Virus record (IMG/VR): IMGVR_UViG_3300045988_050695
Coordinates: 1 to 33,253 of that record
Source of the DNA: a virus
Length of the DNA: 33,253 nt
Strand: one strand, 5' to 3'
Shown here piece after piece: positions 31,033 to 33,253 of the stretch. Position 1 is the stretch's first letter. The number at the start of each line of letters is the position of its first letter. Position numbers and translations under genes: made by a program. The notes under the pieces were generated by a model. That model made no database searches. It was not told the DNA's origin and saw only the letters and a program-made list of their open reading frames with translations.

Positions 31033-31499
31033 CCCTTTATGAGATCAACGAAAAGTTGCGTGATTTTGAGTTTGAAATCGACGAAGAAACCGGCGAGATA
31101 ATGAATGGGGATGAACTTGACGCGCTGGAAATTTCAAAGACTGAAAAGGTTCGCAACATCTGCATGATGATAAAAAACTACCGCGCAGAGGCGGCTGTAT
31201 TGAAGAATGAAGCTGACACTTTTACCAGACGATACAAGCACGCGAAAAACGAGGCTGAAAGGCTGGCTGATTATCTACAAAGAGAACTTGACGGCGAGGG
31301 CTTCAAATGCACAGAAGCGGTAGTTTCCTACCGAAAGAGTGAGGCCGTAGAGTGTGACGATGTTTCCCTCGTACCTGCCGATTTTCTGAAATACAAAGAG
31401 CCGGAAATAGACAAGGCGGGGATCAAGGCTGCCATCAAAAACGGTGTTGAAATACGCGGCTGCCGTCTTGTAGAGAGGCAAAACATCCAGATTAAGTAA
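31029..31499 (+). CDS. Siphovirus Gp157-like protein (host-nuclease-inhibitor-like, recombination module)
   Basis: MTLYEINEKLRDFEFEIDEETGEI...ISKTEKVRNICMMIKNYRAEAAVLKNEADTFTRRYK...AGIKAAIKNGVEIRGCRLVERQNIQIK fits the Gp157 family as I remember it. It lies upstream of an annealase. Confidence 0.7.
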   Translation: MTLYEINEKLRDFEFEIDEETGEIMNGDELDALEISKTEKVRNICMMIKNYRAEAAVLKNEADTFTRRYKHAKNEAERLADYLQRELDGEGFKCTEAVVSYRKSEAVECDDVSLVPADFLKYKEPEIDKAGIKAAIKNGVEIRGCRLVERQNIQIK

Positions 31500-31510
31500 A
31501 GGAGCAAGTC

Positions 31511-32167
31511 ATGACAAACTTAGAAATTTATGAAAAAGCTCGCGCGGTTCCAGCCGAGGCTCAAAAGACAATTACTGCCGGACGCTTAAAAGGTATGACG
31601 GACATCAATCCTATGTGGAGAATAAAGATGCTTACAGAGCTCTTCGGGCCGTGTGGAGCTGGCTGGTATTATCTGATAACGAATAAATGGCTGGAGAAGT
31701 CAGATCAGACAAATGAAGTTACAGCGAATGTGGAAATAAGTCTTTTCTATAAGATCAACAATGAATGGTCAATGCCTATCGAGGGCATCGGCGGAAGCAA
31801 ATTTGTGGCCGCTGAAAAAAACGGGTTATACACTGACGATGAATGCTACAAAAAAGCTCTTACCGACGCGATCTCAGTTGCGTGTAAGGCTCTTGGCATT
31901 GGCGCTGATGTGTACTGGTCAAAAGATCGGACGAAATATACAGCATATGAGCCGTCCGATAATATGGCCAGCGACCTTGAAAAGAAGACACTGAAAGATC
32001 GTTGTAAGCAGCTTGATGTAAGTCTTATGTCAATTCTTAAACAAACAGGGATGACCGATGACGAGATAAGAGCCGGCCAGTTGACGAAAGAGCACCACGG
32101 CAAAGCATTGATAATCCTGAAAGAAATCGAGGAAGCGAAAAATGAGCAGAATGAGCCGGGCGTGTGA
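31511..32167 (+). CDS. Rad52/Sak-like single-strand annealing protein
   Basis: GRLKGMTDINPMWRIKMLTELFGPCGAGWYY and YKKALTDAISVACKALGIGADVYW match the two conserved Rad52-like/Sak blocks (T.I....V.ERL.E.FG..GW and K.A.TDA.SK....LG.G..V). Confidence 0.65.
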   Translation: MTNLEIYEKARAVPAEAQKTITAGRLKGMTDINPMWRIKMLTELFGPCGAGWYYLITNKWLEKSDQTNEVTANVEISLFYKINNEWSMPIEGIGGSKFVAAEKNGLYTDDECYKKALTDAISVACKALGIGADVYWSKDRTKYTAYEPSDNMASDLEKKTLKDRCKQLDVSLMSILKQTGMTDDEIRAGQLTKEHHGKALIILKEIEEAKNEQNEPGV

Positions 32168-32456
32168 TATTACGCCGCGAGTAAAACGGATAGTCTGGGA
32201 ACGTGACGGAGGTTGCTGTATTCTATGTGGCAACCCGAACGCTGCCCCTAATGTCCACTACATCAGCCGGGCACATGGCGGCCTTGGAATTGAACAGAAC
32301 ATCGTGACGCTCTGCCAACGCTGCCATCATGACTACGACAATGGCGGAAAACGCGATGAATATGGGCGGATGATACGGGACTACCTGAATAGCTGTTATC
32401 GAAATTGGGATGAAAAAAAATTGATCTATAACAAATGGGGTGATCTGAATGGCTGA
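32142..32456 (+). CDS. HNH endonuclease
   Basis: VWERDGGCCILCG...VHYISRAHGGLGIEQNIVTLCQRCHHDYDNG is an HNH/zinc-finger core. Confidence 0.8.
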   Translation: MSRMSRACDITPRVKRIVWERDGGCCILCGNPNAAPNVHYISRAHGGLGIEQNIVTLCQRCHHDYDNGGKRDEYGRMIRDYLNSCYRNWDEKKLIYNKWGDLNG

Positions 32457-32784
32457 CGGATTAAATCTGATAAATGAAATCAACGCGCTGTCTGAAAAAT
32501 TGACAAACAGTATCAGATTGATGGCACAGTATGGGCGAGAATATGCGGCGGCAGAGCGTGATTACAAGATTGCGCTGAAGCAGGAGGCTTTGAAGCTGCG
32601 GGACGGCGGCATGGCCGTTACGTTGATTGACAAGGTCGCATATGGTAGCGTGGCAAATGAGAGGTTTAATCGGGACGTTACAAAGGTCATGTATGAAACA
32701 GCCTTAGAAAATGTGAACGCCATCAAGTTGCAAATCCGCATCCTCGATAATCAGATCGGCCGTGAATGGGGGCGAGGTGATTAG
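32449..32784 (+). CDS. Hypothetical coiled-coil protein
   Basis: 111-aa ORF overlapping the HNH stop. No motif recognised. Confidence 0.55.
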   Translation: MADGLNLINEINALSEKLTNSIRLMAQYGREYAAAERDYKIALKQEALKLRDGGMAVTLIDKVAYGSVANERFNRDVTKVMYETALENVNAIKLQIRILDNQIGREWGRGD

Positions 32785-33253
32785 ATGGAAGACATGACAT
32801 ACATAAAGATTTACCGTAAGAGCTTGCAGAATGAGATCTTCCTTGAATTACCATTCGACAGATGGCACGCGTTTATGTTTCTACTGTTAAGCGCCAGACG
32901 CTTCCCCACTATCGTGATGATAAAGGGCAAAAGCATAACCCTTGACACCGGGCAGCTGATCTACGGAGATGACACATTAGCTGAGCGCTGGGGTTGGTCG
33001 AGGGGCAAGGTAAGACGGTTTTTGAGCCTGTTAGAAGACCTAGAAATGATCAAAAAAAACGGTACACCTTATGGGACAGTTATAACCATAGAAAACTATT
33101 CAAAATACCAGTGCAACGATACACTATGCGGCACACCTGTACCCGCTGAAATTCCAACAGATGCGTGCGAGGGCGGTACAGCAGACGGTACATCGCACGG
33201 TACAGCAGACGGTACATCGCACGGTACAGCAGACGGTACATCGCACGGTACAG
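32785..33253 (+). CDS. Replisome organizer / DnaD-like replication initiator, N-terminal part (continues at base 2 after circular closure)
   Basis: GAGGTGA lies upstream of ATG 32785. MEDMTYIKIYRKSLQNEIFLELPFDRWHAFMFLLLSARRFPTIVMIKGKSITLDTGQLIYGDDTLAERWGWSRGKVRRFLSLLEDLEMI is a typical wHTH organizer N-domain. The frame is still open at the window end, inside the GTADGTSH repeat. Confidence 0.8.
   Translation, partial: MEDMTYIKIYRKSLQNEIFLELPFDRWHAFMFLLLSARRFPTIVMIKGKSITLDTGQLIYGDDTLAERWGWSRGKVRRFLSLLEDLEMIKKNGTPYGTVITIENYSKYQCNDTLCGTPVPAEIPTDACEGGTADGTSHGTADGTSHGTADGTSHGT
33175..33253. repeat. 24-bp tandem repeat GGTACAGCAGACGGTACATCGCAC, 3.3 copies (same array as 2..79)
   Basis: Units at 33175, 33199 and 33223, partial at 33247-33253. 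The last 56 nt of the window equal the first 56 nt. Confidence 0.95.

Overview
The window appears to be a complete, circularly permuted genome (~33.2 kb) of a siphovirus-type tailed dsDNA phage with an HK97-like head module. The host is probably Gram-positive (Firmicutes-style AGGAGG ribosome-binding sites, GH25 plus SH3-like endolysin, no spanins). Both window ends lie in the same 24-bp tandem repeat inside one gene, the replisome organizer, so that gene is split by the linearisation point.

Gene order on the + strand:
- Replication and recombination: organizer, G39P-like loader, SSB, PDDEXK resolvase, Gp157-like, Rad52/Sak-like annealase, HNH.
- An early accessory block rich in DNA-modification and anti-restriction functions: truncated N6/N4 methyltransferase, methyltransferase-like ORF, a C5-cytosine methyltransferase broken by two homopolymer frameshifts, and a Lar-like/MazG-like fusion.
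- An HUH Rep-like protein, a sigma region-4-like late regulator and a packaging HNH.
- A 414-bp noncoding region that is a candidate cos site.
- ParB-domain protein, terS (P27 type), terL, portal, prohead protease, capsid, connectors, major tail, G/T chaperone with a GGGAAAA slippery site, tape measure, Dit, Tal, receptor-binding protein, holin, endolysin.

Only two credible genes are on the - strand: a 64-aa HTH and a 139-aa ADP-ribosyltransferase-like ORF. They are driven by a duplicated consensus promoter carrying a palindromic operator. This cassette faces a mirror-image + strand module (consensus promoter with a different palindrome, Xre HTH, second palindrome copy, pentapeptide-repeat protein).

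I found no integrase, tRNA or CRISPR array. All functional calls come from motif and pattern recognition by eye and memory; no database search was run.
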